Assembly (NCBI GenBank): GCA_040989845.1
Contig: JAYMFZ010000004.1
Coordinates: 7,399,184 to 7,431,183, forward strand
DNA from: Streptomyces sp. WGS_02
GTDB lineage: Bacteria; Actinomycetota; Actinomycetes; Streptomycetales; Streptomycetaceae
Direction: 5' to 3'
DNA: 32,000 nt
This document shows, one piece after another, positions 1 to 10,142 of this stretch; within the stretch, counting starts at the first letter, position 1, and each line of letters starts with the position of its first letter. Under the pieces are notes generated by a model. The model saw nothing but the letters and a program-made list of their open reading frames with translations, did not search any database and was not told the origin of the DNA. Made by a program: the position numbers and the translations under genes.

Positions 1-1254
1 GCGGCCGACGGTTCGTACGCCGGCTCCGGACTCTCCAACGAATGGGCGTTCAGCGCGTTCGCCGCCGCCGGAACGGCCGCCGTGGACGTCACCCCGGGCG
101 GCGACACCACCAAGAACGCCCGCACCGTCTACCGCAACCTCCTGGCCACCCCCGGCTGGCCCTCCGCCACCCCCGTCGTCACCGACTACCAGCGCGGCAC
201 GCTCAACGCGTACGCCGCCGGGATCGACCCCGCCCGGGTCTCCGCATCGCGCAACCTGATCGCCGACATCTACGGCTACTGGCAGAACGCGGAGGCCGGC
301 TACTTCGGCCCCTCCGCCAACTACAACGGCACCGTCTTCGCGGCCCTCGCCCTGGGCGGCGCGAGAACCCAGGCGGGCGGCCAGCGGGTCCCGCAGGCGC
401 TCGTCGACAAGATCGTCACCCGCCTCCGGGCCAACCAGCACAACGACGGCGGCTGGACCTACGCCAAGGCCGAGGGCAACGCCACCGAGCTGGCCAAGCC
501 GGGCGACGTCGACATGACCGGAGCCTCCATGGCCGCGCTCTGCGCCTCCGGCGTCCCGAACACCGACCCCGACATCCTCCAGGCCAAGGCGTTCCTCAAG
601 AGCAAGCTGATCAACACCTCCGGCGCCTTCAACGCCATGTACGGCATCAACACCAGCTCCAACGGCTGGGCCGTCTCCGGGCTCAACGCCTGCGGCATCA
701 ACCCGCAGACCGGCGACTTCCTCACCCCGGCCGGCAAGACCCCGATCGACTTCCTGATCGCCCAGCAGTACAACCCGGGCGGCGGCTTCAAGTACCAGCC
801 CTCCGACACCTCCCCGTCCGCCTACTCCTCCCTCGACGCCCTGCGCGCCGTCGCGGGCGGCGGCTTCACCGCCGCCCCGCCCACCCCGGTGACCCCGGGC
901 GCGCCCAAGTGGGTCGCGGCGAGCGGCTTCACGGCCGGTACGGCGACGAAGCTGGCGCTCACCGTGGACGACGGCACCGGCGCCCTGAAGGTCTGCTCGG
1001 TCGCCTTCACCCCGACCGGCACGACCACCACCCTCGGCGCCGTCCTGAGCGCCGCGACGAGCGCCGCCACGCCGGCGGGCTGCGTCACCTCGGTGGTCCC
1101 CGCCTCCGGCACCGGAACGATCACCTCCGTCAACGGCAAGGCCAACGCCGGGTCGGCGATCTGGAAGGCGTCCGTCGACGGCTCGGCGTTCGCCGGGGCC
1201 GCCCGCAACAAGGTGATCGGGGTCGGCGACACGATCGCCCTGCGCTATTCCTGA
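1..1254 (+). CDS. Prenyltransferase/squalene-oxidase-repeat (alpha/alpha toroid) protein, probably secreted; 5' end outside window
   Basis: Frame 1 is open from base 1 (AADGSYAGSGLSNEWAFSAF...) to the TGA at 1252-1254. Repeats such as NQHNDGGWTYAKAEG and YNPGGGFKYQPSD resemble toroid QW-like repeats, followed by a Thr/Ala-rich C-terminal domain. Confidence 0.7.
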   Translation, partial: AADGSYAGSGLSNEWAFSAFAAAGTAAVDVTPGGDTTKNARTVYRNLLATPGWPSATPVVTDYQRGTLNAYAAGIDPARVSASRNLIADIYGYWQNAEAGYFGPSANYNGTVFAALALGGARTQAGGQRVPQALVDKIVTRLRANQHNDGGWTYAKAEGNATELAKPGDVDMTGASMAALCASGVPNTDPDILQAKAFLKSKLINTSGAFNAMYGINTSSNGWAVSGLNACGINPQTGDFLTPAGKTPIDFLIAQQYNPGGGFKYQPSDTSPSAYSSLDALRAVAGGGFTAAPPTPVTPGAPKWVAASGFTAGTATKLALTVDDGTGALKVCSVAFTPTGTTTTLGAVLSAATSAATPAGCVTSVVPASGTGTITSVNGKANAGSAIWKASVDGSAFAGAARNKVIGVGDTIALRYS

Positions 1255-1263
1255 CCCGTGACG

Positions 1264-1305
1264 CCCGGTGAAGAGGACCCCTAAACGGGCGTCCCCTTCA
1301 CCGGG
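1264..1305. terminator. Inverted repeat between convergent genes, probable bidirectional terminator
   Basis: CCCGGTGAAGAGGAC (1264-1278) pairs with GTCCCCTTCACCGGG (1291-1305), 14/15 complementary. It lies between the converging 3' ends at 1254 and 1281. Confidence 0.65.
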
Positions 1306-2771
1306 TACGGCACGAACGTGCTGCTGTTCTCGTCGATCGCCAGCGGCTGCCCCAGCGGCGGCACCGCGCGCTGCGGGCAGTCCAGGCGTTCGCAGATCCG
1401 GCAGCCCATCCCGATCGGGGTCGCGGCCGAGGCGTTGTCCAGGTCGAGGCCGTCGGAGTAGACCAGCCGCCCCGCGTGCCGGATCTCGCAGCCCAGACCG
1501 ATCGCGAACGTCTTGCCCGGCTCGCCCCAGCCGCCCCGGTGCCGGGTCACCGCCCGCGCGGTCCAGAGGTAGCGCTGCCCGTCGGGCATGGCCGCGATCT
1601 GGACGTGGATACGGCCCGGCGCGGCGAACGCCTCGTACACGTTCCACAGGGGGCAGGTGCCGCCCGCGCGGGAGAAGTGGAACCCGGTCGCGGACTGCCG
1701 CTTCGACATGTTCCCGGCCCGGTCGACCCGGACGAAGGAGAACGGCACCCCGCGCAGCCGGGGCCGCTGGAGCGTGGACAGCCGGTGGCAGACCGTCTCG
1801 TAGCCGAGCCCGAACCGGTCGGTGAGGCGCTCGATGTCGTACCGCACCTCCTCGGCCGCCGAGTGGAAGGCCCGGTACGGGAGGATCAGCGCCCCCGCGA
1901 AGTAGTTCGCGACCCCGATCCGGGCCAGCGGCCAGGTCGCCGAGCCCTCGTCGTAGTCCTCCGACGCCAACCGGTCGATCTCCGGGCCGTATTCGAGCAG
2001 GGCCAGCTGCGTCGCCATCCGGAACGCCTGCTGCCCGGGGCGGAGACGGCCGGACAGATACAGCACCCGGGCGTCCCGGTCGTAGTGGTGCAGCCGCCCG
2101 GTGTCCGCCGTACGGCCGTCCTCCTCCGGCCGCCGGTCCGGTCGCCCCCGGGACGCGCCGGTTCCGGGCCGGGCCTGCCGTTCGGTGGCGGTCGCCAGCC
2201 GGATGCCGTGCCGTTCGGTGAGGCGGGCCGAGAGCGCCCGGACGACCTCGCCGGGCCGCACCCCGATCTCCGCCGCCAGCTCCTCCGCCGCCAGGTCCGC
2301 CTCGTGCAGATAGTTCTGCCGGCGGTAGAAGAACTCGCGGATCTCCTCGTGCGGGGAGCGCGGCAGCTCCGGCCCGCCGCCGCCCCGCAACTCCGCTGCC
2401 TCCGCGAGTCGCCCTGCCAGCGCCTGGTTGCGCCGCCCGAGATCGAGCAGCACGTTCGCCACCCCCGGCAGCCGGGAGGCCAGCTCGGACAGTTCGGCGG
2501 CCGAGACCCGCGCCGCGCCGACCTCGTCCGCCAGTGCCTCCCGCAGATCCGCCAGCACCCGTGCGGTGTCCCGCTCCGAGAAGAAGCCCGGATCCACCCC
2601 GAAGGTCTCCGTCAGGCGGAGCAGCACCGGCACCGTCAGCGGGCGCGAGTCGTGCTCCATCTGGTTCAGATAGCTCGGCGAGATCGCCAGCATCCGGGCC
2701 AGCTCCGCCTGGCTCAGCCCGCGCTCCTCACGGAGCCGGCGCAGCCGCGCTCCCGCGTAGGTCTTGCTCAC
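1281..2771 (-). CDS. XRE-family regulator with short-chain fatty-acyl-CoA-type C-terminal region (RamB/ScfR-like)
   Basis: N-terminal HTH MSKTYAGARLRRLREERGLSQAELARMLAISPSYLNQMEHDSRPL, a long sensory region and a Cys-containing C-terminus (GCEIRHAG, PIGMGCRICERLDCPQR). Divergent from aceA. Confidence 0.88.
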   Translation of the reverse strand: MSKTYAGARLRRLREERGLSQAELARMLAISPSYLNQMEHDSRPLTVPVLLRLTETFGVDPGFFSERDTARVLADLREALADEVGAARVSAAELSELASRLPGVANVLLDLGRRNQALAGRLAEAAELRGGGGPELPRSPHEEIREFFYRRQNYLHEADLAAEELAAEIGVRPGEVVRALSARLTERHGIRLATATERQARPGTGASRGRPDRRPEEDGRTADTGRLHHYDRDARVLYLSGRLRPGQQAFRMATQLALLEYGPEIDRLASEDYDEGSATWPLARIGVANYFAGALILPYRAFHSAAEEVRYDIERLTDRFGLGYETVCHRLSTLQRPRLRGVPFSFVRVDRAGNMSKRQSATGFHFSRAGGTCPLWNVYEAFAAPGRIHVQIAAMPDGQRYLWTARAVTRHRGGWGEPGKTFAIGLGCEIRHAGRLVYSDGLDLDNASAATPIGMGCRICERLDCPQRAVPPLGQPLAIDENSSTFVPYPVKGTPV

Positions 2772-2837
2772 TTCGGGGCCTTTCCCGCCGTCGTCGACAT
2801 GTCGGCAACCCTATCCGCCGCGACACCTCCGGGACCC

Positions 2838-2883
2838 TTCGCAATCTTGGCAAAGCGCACCGAAAGATTCGCAGAACTTGGCA
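2838..2883. promoter_or_regulatory. Candidate regulator-binding direct repeat between the ramB-like gene and aceA
   Basis: TTCGCAATCTTGGCA at 2838-2852 and TTCGCAGAACTTGGCA at 2868-2883, start-to-start spacing 30 bp, in the divergent intergenic region. Confidence 0.4.
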
Positions 2884-3144
2884 GACGTACCCCGTTGATG
2901 GCACTCAGTGCCACTGTCAGAGTTGTGAGTGCGGCCCACCGGACACCGGCTCCGGACCGCGGCCCCGAGCACGATTTCATGCCCTGACGTCGTTCTCCTC
3001 GGGATCGCGGACCGATCCGCCGGGCGCATTGCTTACCGTTCCACCTCGGAGGTCCGGTGGGCCGCACCAGGAAGTCGCGTCACCCAGTGACCCGCACTTC
3101 GCACCCTTCACACGATCGACCCACACGACTTCGGGAGACACGCC

Positions 3145-4425
3145 ATGGCGCAGGCAAGGACGACGGCGGAAGAGCTGGCGCGGCGGTGGGCGAGCGACCC
3201 CCGCTGGAAGGGCATCGAGCGCACCTACACCGCCGAGGACGTGGTCCGGCTCTCCGGCAGCGTCCGCGAGGAGCACACCCTCGCCCGGCGCGGCGCCGAG
3301 CGGTTGTGGCGCCAGCTGCACGAGCAGGACTACATCCATGCGCTCGGCGCACTGACCGGCGGCCAGGCCGTCCAGCAGGTCAAGGCGGGCCTCCAGGCCA
3401 TCTACCTCTCCGGCTGGCAGGTCGCCGCCGACGCCAACCTGGCCGGCCACACCTACCCCGACCAGAGCCTCTACCCCGCCAACTCGGTCCCGAGCGTGGT
3501 CCGCAGGATCAACAACGCCCTGCTGCGCGCCGACCAGATCGCCACCGCCGAGGACGCCGGCGACACCACCGACTACCTGGCCCCGATCGTCGCCGACGCG
3601 GAGGCCGGATTCGGCGGACCGCTCAACGCCTTCGAGCTCACCAAGGCGATGATCGAGGCGGGCGCGGCGGGCATCCACTACGAGGACCAGCTCGCCTCGG
3701 AGAAGAAGTGCGGCCACCTCGGCGGCAAGGTCCTCGTCCCCACCGCCCAGCACGTGCGCACCCTCAACGCGGCCCGCCTCGCCGCCGACATCGCGGACGT
3801 CCCGACCCTGATCGTGGCCCGCACCGACGCACTCGCCGCCAACCTCATCACCAGCGACGTGGACGAGCGCGACGCGCGGTTCATCACGGGCGACCGGACC
3901 GCCGAAGGCTTCTACCGCGTCCAGAACGGCATGGCCCCGGTCATCTCGCGCGGCCTGGCCTACGCCCCGTACGCCGACCTCATCTGGGTCGAGACCGGCA
4001 CCCCGGACCTGGCGCAGGCCCGTGAGTTCGCCGAGGCCATCCACGCCGAGCACCCGGACCAGATGCTCGCGTACAACTGCTCCCCGTCCTTCAACTGGCG
4101 CGCCGCGCTGGACGACGACCAGATCGCCAAGTTCCAGCGGGAGCTGGGCGCGATGGGCTACCGCTTCCAGTTCATCACCCTGGCCGGCTTCCACTCCCTG
4201 AACCACGCCATGTTCGACCTGGCGCGCGGCTACGCCGAGCAGGGCATGACCGCCTACGTCGACCTCCAGGAGCGGGAGTTCGCCGCCCAGGCGCAGGGCT
4301 TCACCGCCGTCAAGCACCAGCGCGAGGTCGGCACCGGCTACTTCGACCAGGTCTCCACCGCCATCAACCCCGCCTCCTCCACCACAGCCCTCACCGGTTC
4401 CACGGAGGAAGAGCAGTTCCACTAG
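3145..4425 (+). CDS. aceA: Isocitrate lyase
   Basis: 426 aa with the ICL signature [14 protein letters not shown] and [15 protein letters not shown]. Immediately upstream of malate synthase. Confidence 0.97.
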   Translation: MAQARTTAEELARRWASDPRWKGIERTYTAEDVVRLSGSVREEHTLARRGAERLWRQLHEQDYIHALGALTGGQAVQQVKAGLQAIYLSGWQVAADANLAGHTYPDQSLYPANSVPSVVRRINNALLRADQIATAEDAGDTTDYLAPIVADAEAGFGGPLNAFELTKAMIEAGAAGIHYEDQLASEKKCGHLGGKVLVPTAQHVRTLNAARLAADIADVPTLIVARTDALAANLITSDVDERDARFITGDRTAEGFYRVQNGMAPVISRGLAYAPYADLIWVETGTPDLAQAREFAEAIHAEHPDQMLAYNCSPSFNWRAALDDDQIAKFQRELGAMGYRFQFITLAGFHSLNHAMFDLARGYAEQGMTAYVDLQEREFAAQAQGFTAVKHQREVGTGYFDQVSTAINPASSTTALTGSTEEEQFH

Positions 4426-4434
4426 AAGTCCCGT

Positions 4435-4467
4435 CCGGTCGCGGGGGCGTTGAGCCCCCGCGACCGG
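4435..4467. other. aceA-aceB intergenic hairpin (terminator/attenuator or processing element)
   Basis: Perfect 14-bp inverted repeat CCGGTCGCGGGGGC (4435-4448) / GCCCCCGCGACCGG (4454-4467) with loop GTTGA. Confidence 0.65.
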
Positions 4468-4506
4468 GGCCGCCGTCCCCGCTCGCACCCCGCTGAGGAG
4501 AACCGC

Positions 4507-6099
4507 ATGACCACCCTTGCCACGACCGGCCGCGTCCAGGTCCTCGGCGTACCGGGGGACCGGCACGAGGAGGTCCTCACCCCCGAGGCCCTCGACTTCA
4601 TCGGCCGCCTCGACGCGGCCTTCGCCGCCCGTCGCTTCGACCTGCTGACCGAGCGCCGCCGCCGCTCCGCCCTGTTGCGCGGCGGGACCCCGCTCGACTT
4701 CTCCCGGGCCACCAAGCCGATCCGTAACGACCCCGACTGGCGGGTCGCCCGCCCCGCCCCCGGTCTGACCGACCGCCGGGTGGAGATCACCGGCCCGCCC
4801 GAGCGCTCCATGGCGGTCAACGCGCTCAACTCCGGCGCCCAGGTGTGGATGGCCGACTTCGAGGACGCCACCTCGCCCACCTGGGAGAACATCGTCCGGG
4901 GGCAGTTGACCCTGATCGACGCCATCGACCGCCGCATCGACTTCACCACCACGAGCGGCAAGGAGTACCGGCTCACCGACCGGCCCGCCACCATCATGGT
5001 CCGGCCGCGCGGCTGGCACCTCACCGAGAAGCACCTCGTCATCGACGACCGTCCCGTGCCCGCCGCACTCGTCGACTTCGGCCTCTACTTCTTCCACTGC
5101 GCCCGGCGCCAGATCGACGCGGGCAGCGGACCGTACTTCTACCTCCCCAAGCTGGAGAACCGGTACGAGGCCCGGCTCTGGAACGACGTCTTCCTCCTCG
5201 CCCAGGACCTCCTGGACATCCCCCGGGGGACGATCCGCGCCACCGTTCTCATCGAGACGATCACCGCCGCGTTCGAGATGGAGGAGATCCTCTACGAACT
5301 GCGCGAGCACAGCGCCGGACTCAACGCGGGCCGCTGGGACTACCTGTTCAGCCTGATCAAGAACTTCGCGCACCGCCCCGACTTCGTCCTCCCCGACCGG
5401 GCGACCGTCACCATGACCGCCCCGTTCCTGCGGGCGTACACCGAACTCCTGGTCCGCACCTGCCACAAGCGCGGCGCGCACGCCATCGGCGGGATGGCCG
5501 CCCAGATCCCCGGCGGCGAACCGGCCGCCCGGGAAGCGGCCCTGGCGAAGGTCCGGCTTGACAAGGAGCGGGAGGCGGAGGACGGCTTCGACGGTTCCTG
5601 GGTGGCCCACCCCGGGCTCGTCCCGGTCTGCCGGACCGTCTTCGACGAGGTGCTCGGCGACCGGCCGCACCAGCTGGAGCGCACCCGCGACGACGTGCAC
5701 ATCACCGCCGAGCACCTCGTCGCCGTCCGCCGCACGGCAGGTCGCCCGACCCCGGAAGGCGTCCGCGACAACATCGCCGTGGCCCTGCGCTACTACGACG
5801 CCTGGCTGCGCGGACAGGGGGCCGTCGCCCTCAACGGGCTGATGGAGGACGCGGCCACCGCCGAGATCGCCCGGGTCCAGATCTGGCAGTGGCTCAAGCA
5901 CCGGGCGGTCGACCGCGAGACGGTCCTCGCCCTGCTCGACGAGGAACTGGCCACGCTCGGCGCCACGTACCCCTGGGCCCAGCTCGACCAGGTCCGCGAC
6001 CTGTTCGAACGCACCGCGCTCGGCAAGGAGCTGCCCGCCTTCTTCACCACGGAGGCCTACGCCCGCCACCTCGTCGGCCGTCCGGCGGTGCGGGCATGA
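4507..6099 (+). CDS. aceB: Malate synthase A
   Basis: Protein MTTLATTGRVQVLGVPGDRHEEVLTPEALDF... containing FEDATSPTWENIVRGQ, TIMVRPRGWH and LIETITAAFEMEEILYELREHSAGLNAGRWDY. ATG at 4507 follows GAGGAG. The track ORF starting at 4450 is an N-terminal over-extension. Confidence 0.96.
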   Translation: MTTLATTGRVQVLGVPGDRHEEVLTPEALDFIGRLDAAFAARRFDLLTERRRRSALLRGGTPLDFSRATKPIRNDPDWRVARPAPGLTDRRVEITGPPERSMAVNALNSGAQVWMADFEDATSPTWENIVRGQLTLIDAIDRRIDFTTTSGKEYRLTDRPATIMVRPRGWHLTEKHLVIDDRPVPAALVDFGLYFFHCARRQIDAGSGPYFYLPKLENRYEARLWNDVFLLAQDLLDIPRGTIRATVLIETITAAFEMEEILYELREHSAGLNAGRWDYLFSLIKNFAHRPDFVLPDRATVTMTAPFLRAYTELLVRTCHKRGAHAIGGMAAQIPGGEPAAREAALAKVRLDKEREAEDGFDGSWVAHPGLVPVCRTVFDEVLGDRPHQLERTRDDVHITAEHLVAVRRTAGRPTPEGVRDNIAVALRYYDAWLRGQGAVALNGLMEDAATAEIARVQIWQWLKHRAVDRETVLALLDEELATLGATYPWAQLDQVRDLFERTALGKELPAFFTTEAYARHLVGRPAVRA

Positions 6100-6965
6100 G
6101 CGCCGCCATCGCCCGGGTGGGCGTCGTCGGCGGCGGTCAGATGGGGGCCGGGATCGCCGAGGTCTGCGCCCGCGCCGGGCTGGACACCATCGTCTGCGAG
6201 GCCGACCGCGCCGCCGCCGACCGGGCCCGCGAACGGGTGGCGGTCTCCCTGGAGCGGGCCGTCCAGCGCGGCAAGCTCGACCGCCTGAGCGCCGAGGACG
6301 CCCTCGGCCGGCTGACCTTCACCGGCAGCCTCGACGATCTGGCCGACCGCCGGCTCGTGATCGAGGCCGTCGTCGAGGACGCCGCCGCCAAGTCGGAGAT
6401 CTTCACCGCCCTCGACAAGATCGTCGAGGACCCGGAAGCGATCCTGGCGACCAACACCTCCGCCATCCCCGTCATGCGCCTCGGCATGGCCACCCAGCGC
6501 GCCGACCGCGTCCTCGGACTGCACTTCTTCAACCCCGTGCCGGTCCTCCCGCTGGTCGAGGTGGTCACCTCGCTGCACACCTCCGCCGAGACGCTGACCG
6601 CCGCCGAGGAGTTCGCCACCACCGTCCTCGGCAAGACGGTGGTCCGCTCCCAGGACCGGGCCGGTTTCGTCGTCAACGCGCTCCTGATCCCGTATCTGCT
6701 CTCCGCGATCCGGATGGCCGAGTCGGGATTCGCCACCGCCGCCGACGTGGACGCCGGGATGGAGCTGGGCTGCGCCCACCCGATGGGCCCGCTCAAGCTC
6801 GCCGACCTGATCGGCCTCGACACGGTGGCCTCCATCGCCGCGTCGCTGTACGACGAGTTCAAGGAACCCCTCTACGCCCCGCCGCCGCTGCTCCAGCGGA
6901 TGGTGGAGGCGGGGCTGCTCGGCCGGAAGACCGGGCGCGGGTTCCACCTCTACGACCGGGGCTGA
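6096..6965 (+). CDS. 3-hydroxybutyryl-CoA (3-hydroxyacyl-CoA) dehydrogenase
   Basis: MSAAIARVGVVGGGQMGAGIAEVCARAG (Rossmann GxGxxG) and LGLHFFNPVPVLPLVEVV. ATGA overlap with the aceB stop. 289 aa. Confidence 0.93.
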   Translation: MSAAIARVGVVGGGQMGAGIAEVCARAGLDTIVCEADRAAADRARERVAVSLERAVQRGKLDRLSAEDALGRLTFTGSLDDLADRRLVIEAVVEDAAAKSEIFTALDKIVEDPEAILATNTSAIPVMRLGMATQRADRVLGLHFFNPVPVLPLVEVVTSLHTSAETLTAAEEFATTVLGKTVVRSQDRAGFVVNALLIPYLLSAIRMAESGFATAADVDAGMELGCAHPMGPLKLADLIGLDTVASIAASLYDEFKEPLYAPPPLLQRMVEAGLLGRKTGRGFHLYDRG

Positions 6966-7089
6966 GGGGCCCGGGTTCCGGGTCGCGGCTGAGGGGCCGC
7001 GGCCACTGACCGGACGGGGTGGGAAGCGGTTGACTGTGCCGCTGCCCACCCCGCCGCGGTGTCCGCCGCACGGCTCGTGACCGGCGTCC

Positions 7090-7131
7090 TGGTCCAGACC
7101 TCTTGACCGAAGGTCTGGACCATTCTACGTT
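7090..7131 (+). promoter_or_regulatory. Chitinase promoter with paired DasR/chitinase-type operators
   Basis: TGGTCCAGACCT (7090-7101) and its exact reverse complement AGGTCTGGACCA (7111-7122) flank TTGACC (7103-7108, candidate -35). TACGTT (7126-7131) lies 17 bp downstream as candidate -10. Confidence 0.75.
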
Positions 7132-7215
7132 TTGACGGGGTCACGACACAGGGCGGGTCGGGGCGAACCCTTCGCACCGGCGGCGGCTGACCCGGGCAGG
7201 AAGGACATCCGGATC

Positions 7216-8283
7216 ATGGGGCGTACATCACGACTGCTGGGCCTCGGCCTGGCCGCGGCGCTCGTCGTACCGATGCTGGTCGCAGCCGCACCGCCGAAGC
7301 CCGCGGAGCGAACCGGAACGGCCGCCGAGACCTGTGCGGTCAAGTCCAGGCCCACGGGCAAGGTGCTCCAGGGGTACTGGGAGAACTGGGACGGCGCGGC
7401 CAACGGCGTGCACCCGCCGCTCGGCTGGATCCCGATCACCGACTCCCGCATCACCCAGCACGGCTACAACGTCGTCAACGCGGCCTTCCCCGTCATCCGC
7501 TCCGACGGCACCGTCCTCTGGGAGGACGGCATGGACAGCACCGTCAAGGTCGCCACCCCCGCCGAGATGTGCCAGGCCAAGGCCGCCGGCCTCACCGTCC
7601 TCATGTCGATCGGCGGAGCGACGGCCGGGATCGACCTCAGCTCCAGCGCGGTGGCCGACCGGTTCGTCCAGACGATCGTCCCGATCCTGAAGAGGTACAA
7701 CTTCGACGGCATCGACATCGACATCGAGACCGGCCTCGTCGGCAGCGGCAACATCAACCAGCTGTCCCCCTCGCAGACCAACCTCATCCGCATCATCGAC
7801 GGCGTCCTGGCCGCCATGCCGTCGAACTTCGGCCTCACCATGGCCCCCGAGACGGCGTACGTCACCGGCGGCAGCGTCGTCTACGGCTCGATCTGGGGCG
7901 CGTACCTCCCGGTCATCAAGAAGTACGCCGACAACGGCCGCCTGTGGTGGCTGAACATGCAGTACTACAACGGCAGCATGTACGGCTGCTCCGGCGACTC
8001 CTACTCCGCCGGCACCGTCGCGGGCTTCACCGCCCAGACCGACTGCCTGAACAAGGGGCTCGTCATCCAGGGCACCACCATCAAGGTGCCCTACGACAAG
8101 CAGGTCCCCGGCCTGCCCGCGCAGCCCGGCGCCGGCGGCGGCCACATGTCCACCGGACTCGTCGCGCAGGCCTGGAACCACTACAGCGGTTCGCTGAAGG
8201 GGCTGATGACCTGGTCGCTGAACTGGGACGGCTCGAAGGGCTGGACCTTCGGCGACAACGTGAAGGCCCTCCAGGGCCGTTGA
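7216..8283 (+). CDS. Secreted GH18 chitinase
   Basis: Signal peptide MGRTSRLLGLGLAAALVVPMLVAAAPP; GH18 motif FDGIDIDIE; SIGG motif (VLMSIGGA). ATG at 7216 follows AGGAAGGA. The track start at 7132 overlaps the promoter. Confidence 0.93.
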   Translation: MGRTSRLLGLGLAAALVVPMLVAAAPPKPAERTGTAAETCAVKSRPTGKVLQGYWENWDGAANGVHPPLGWIPITDSRITQHGYNVVNAAFPVIRSDGTVLWEDGMDSTVKVATPAEMCQAKAAGLTVLMSIGGATAGIDLSSSAVADRFVQTIVPILKRYNFDGIDIDIETGLVGSGNINQLSPSQTNLIRIIDGVLAAMPSNFGLTMAPETAYVTGGSVVYGSIWGAYLPVIKKYADNGRLWWLNMQYYNGSMYGCSGDSYSAGTVAGFTAQTDCLNKGLVIQGTTIKVPYDKQVPGLPAQPGAGGGHMSTGLVAQAWNHYSGSLKGLMTWSLNWDGSKGWTFGDNVKALQGR

Positions 8284-8302
8284 CCCGCCGCCCGTACGGT
8301 TT

Positions 8303-8337
8303 CCGCGCCCCCGGTCCGCCGATGACCGGGGGCGCGG
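8303..8337. terminator. Rho-independent-type hairpin after chitinase
   Basis: Perfect 14-bp inverted repeat CCGCGCCCCCGGTC (8303-8316) / GACCGGGGGCGCGG (8324-8337), 7-nt loop. Confidence 0.75.
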
Positions 8338-8499
8338 CGCCGCTCCGGCCGGGAGGCGACACGAGGAAGGCGTGAACCGGTCGCACGCCGGGGCGGTCGA
8401 GAGAGCAGAATCGGGTACGGACCCGGGTGATCGCTTCCCGGTGCGACGGGCCCGTCTCCCCGCGGGCCGGCCGAAGACGAAGACGTACGAGGAGACCCG

Positions 8500-10142
8500 A
8501 TGGTGCACGAACGGGCCGGTCACCCGGCACAGTCCGCAGACCTGGTCGACGTGGCGCGGCTGGTGACGGCCTATTACGCCCTCCACCCCGACCCGGCCGA
8601 CCCCGCCCAGCGTGTCGCCTTCGGCACCTCCGGCCACCGGGGCTCCGCGTTCGCCGCCGCGTTCAACGAGGACCACATCGCCGCCACCACCCAGGCGATC
8701 TGCGACTACCGTGCCCGCCAGGGCACCGACGGCCCCCTGTTCCTCGGCGCGGACACCCACGCGCTCTCCGAGCCCGCCCGGGTCACCGCCCTGGAGGTGC
8801 TGGCCGCCAACGGGGCCACCGTCCTCATCGACAGCGACGACGGCTACACCCCGACCCCGGCCGTCTCGCACGCCATCCTCACGTACAACCAGGGGCGCAC
8901 CGAGCACCTGGCCGACGGCATCGTGGTCACCCCGTCGCACAACCCGCCCGCCGACGGCGGCTTCAAGTACAACCCGCCGAACGGGGGTCCGGCCGCCTCC
9001 GACGCCACCTCCTGGATCCAGGACCGGGCGAACGCCCTGATCGAGGCCGGACTCGGGGAGGTCCGCCGGATCCCGTACGCCCGCGCCCTGGCCGCCGACA
9101 CCACCCGCCGCCACGACTTCCTGACCGCCTACGTCGACGATCTGCCGTCCGTCCTCGACCTCGACGCCGTACGGGACGCGGGCATCCGGATCGGCGCCGA
9201 CCCGCTCGGCGGGGCGTCCGTCGCCTACTGGGGGCGGATCGCCGAGCGCCACCGGATCGACCTCACGGTGGTGAACCCGCTGGCGGACCCGACCTGGCGG
9301 TTCATGACGCTCGACTGGGACGGCAAGATCCGCATGGACTGCTCGTCGCCGCACGCCATGGCCTCGCTCATCGAGCAGCGCGACGCGTACGCCGTCTCCA
9401 CCGGCAACGACGCGGACGCCGACCGGCACGGCATCGTCACGCCCGACGGCGGGCTGATGAACCCCAACCACTACCTGGCCGTCGCCATCGACTACCTCTA
9501 CACCCACCGCGACGCCTGGGCCGCCGGCACCGGCATCGGCAAGACGCTGGTCTCCTCCTCCATGATCGACCGGGTCGCCCAGGACCTCGGCCGCACCCTG
9601 GTGGAGGTCCCGGTCGGCTTCAAGTGGTTCGTCGACGGCCTCTACGACGGCAGCCTCGGCTTCGGCGGCGAGGAGTCCGCCGGGGCCTCCTTCCTGCGCC
9701 GCGACGGCCGGGTCTGGACGACGGACAAGGACGGCATCCTGCTGGCCCTCCTCGCCTCCGAGATCACCGCCGTCACCGGTTCCACCCCCTCCGAGCACTA
9801 CGCCCGCCTCACCGACCGCTTCGGCGACCCGGCGTACGCCCGTATCGACGCCCCCGCCACCCGCGAGGAGAAGGCCGTCCTGGCCAAGCTCTCCCCCAGC
9901 AGGTCAAGGCCGACACCCTGGCCGGGGAACCCGTCACCGCCGTCCTCACCGAGGCCCCCGGCAACGGGGCCCCGATCGGCGGCCTCAAGGTCTGCACCGA
10001 CAGCGCCTGGTTCGCCGCCCGCCCCTCGGGCACCGAGGACGTCTACAAGGTGTACGCGGAGAGCTTCCAGGGCCCCGGCCATCTCGCCCAGGTCCAGGAG
10101 GAGGCCCGGGCGCTGGTGTCCGAGGCGCTGGGCGGCGCCTAG
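8500..10142 (+). CDS. pgm: Phosphoglucomutase (alpha-D-glucose phosphate-specific), with apparent -1 frameshift
   Basis: [26 protein letters not shown]...[11 protein letters not shown]...[23 protein letters not shown] in frame 1. The C-terminus ([57 protein letters not shown]...) continues in frame 3. The switch is at CTCTCCCCCAGCAGG, about 9893-9897. Confidence 0.93.

Noticed and set aside
2977-6069. 1030-aa minus-strand ORF across aceA/aceB
   Set aside because: Shadow ORF opposite two unambiguous enzymes; no recognisable motifs.
7228-9798. 856-aa minus-strand ORF across chitinase and pgm
   Set aside because: Shadow ORF spanning two genes and an intergenic terminator.
8500-10142. Considered calling pgm a true pseudogene
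   Set aside because: Both halves are intact and conserved across the break with a single missing C; no other lesions seen.
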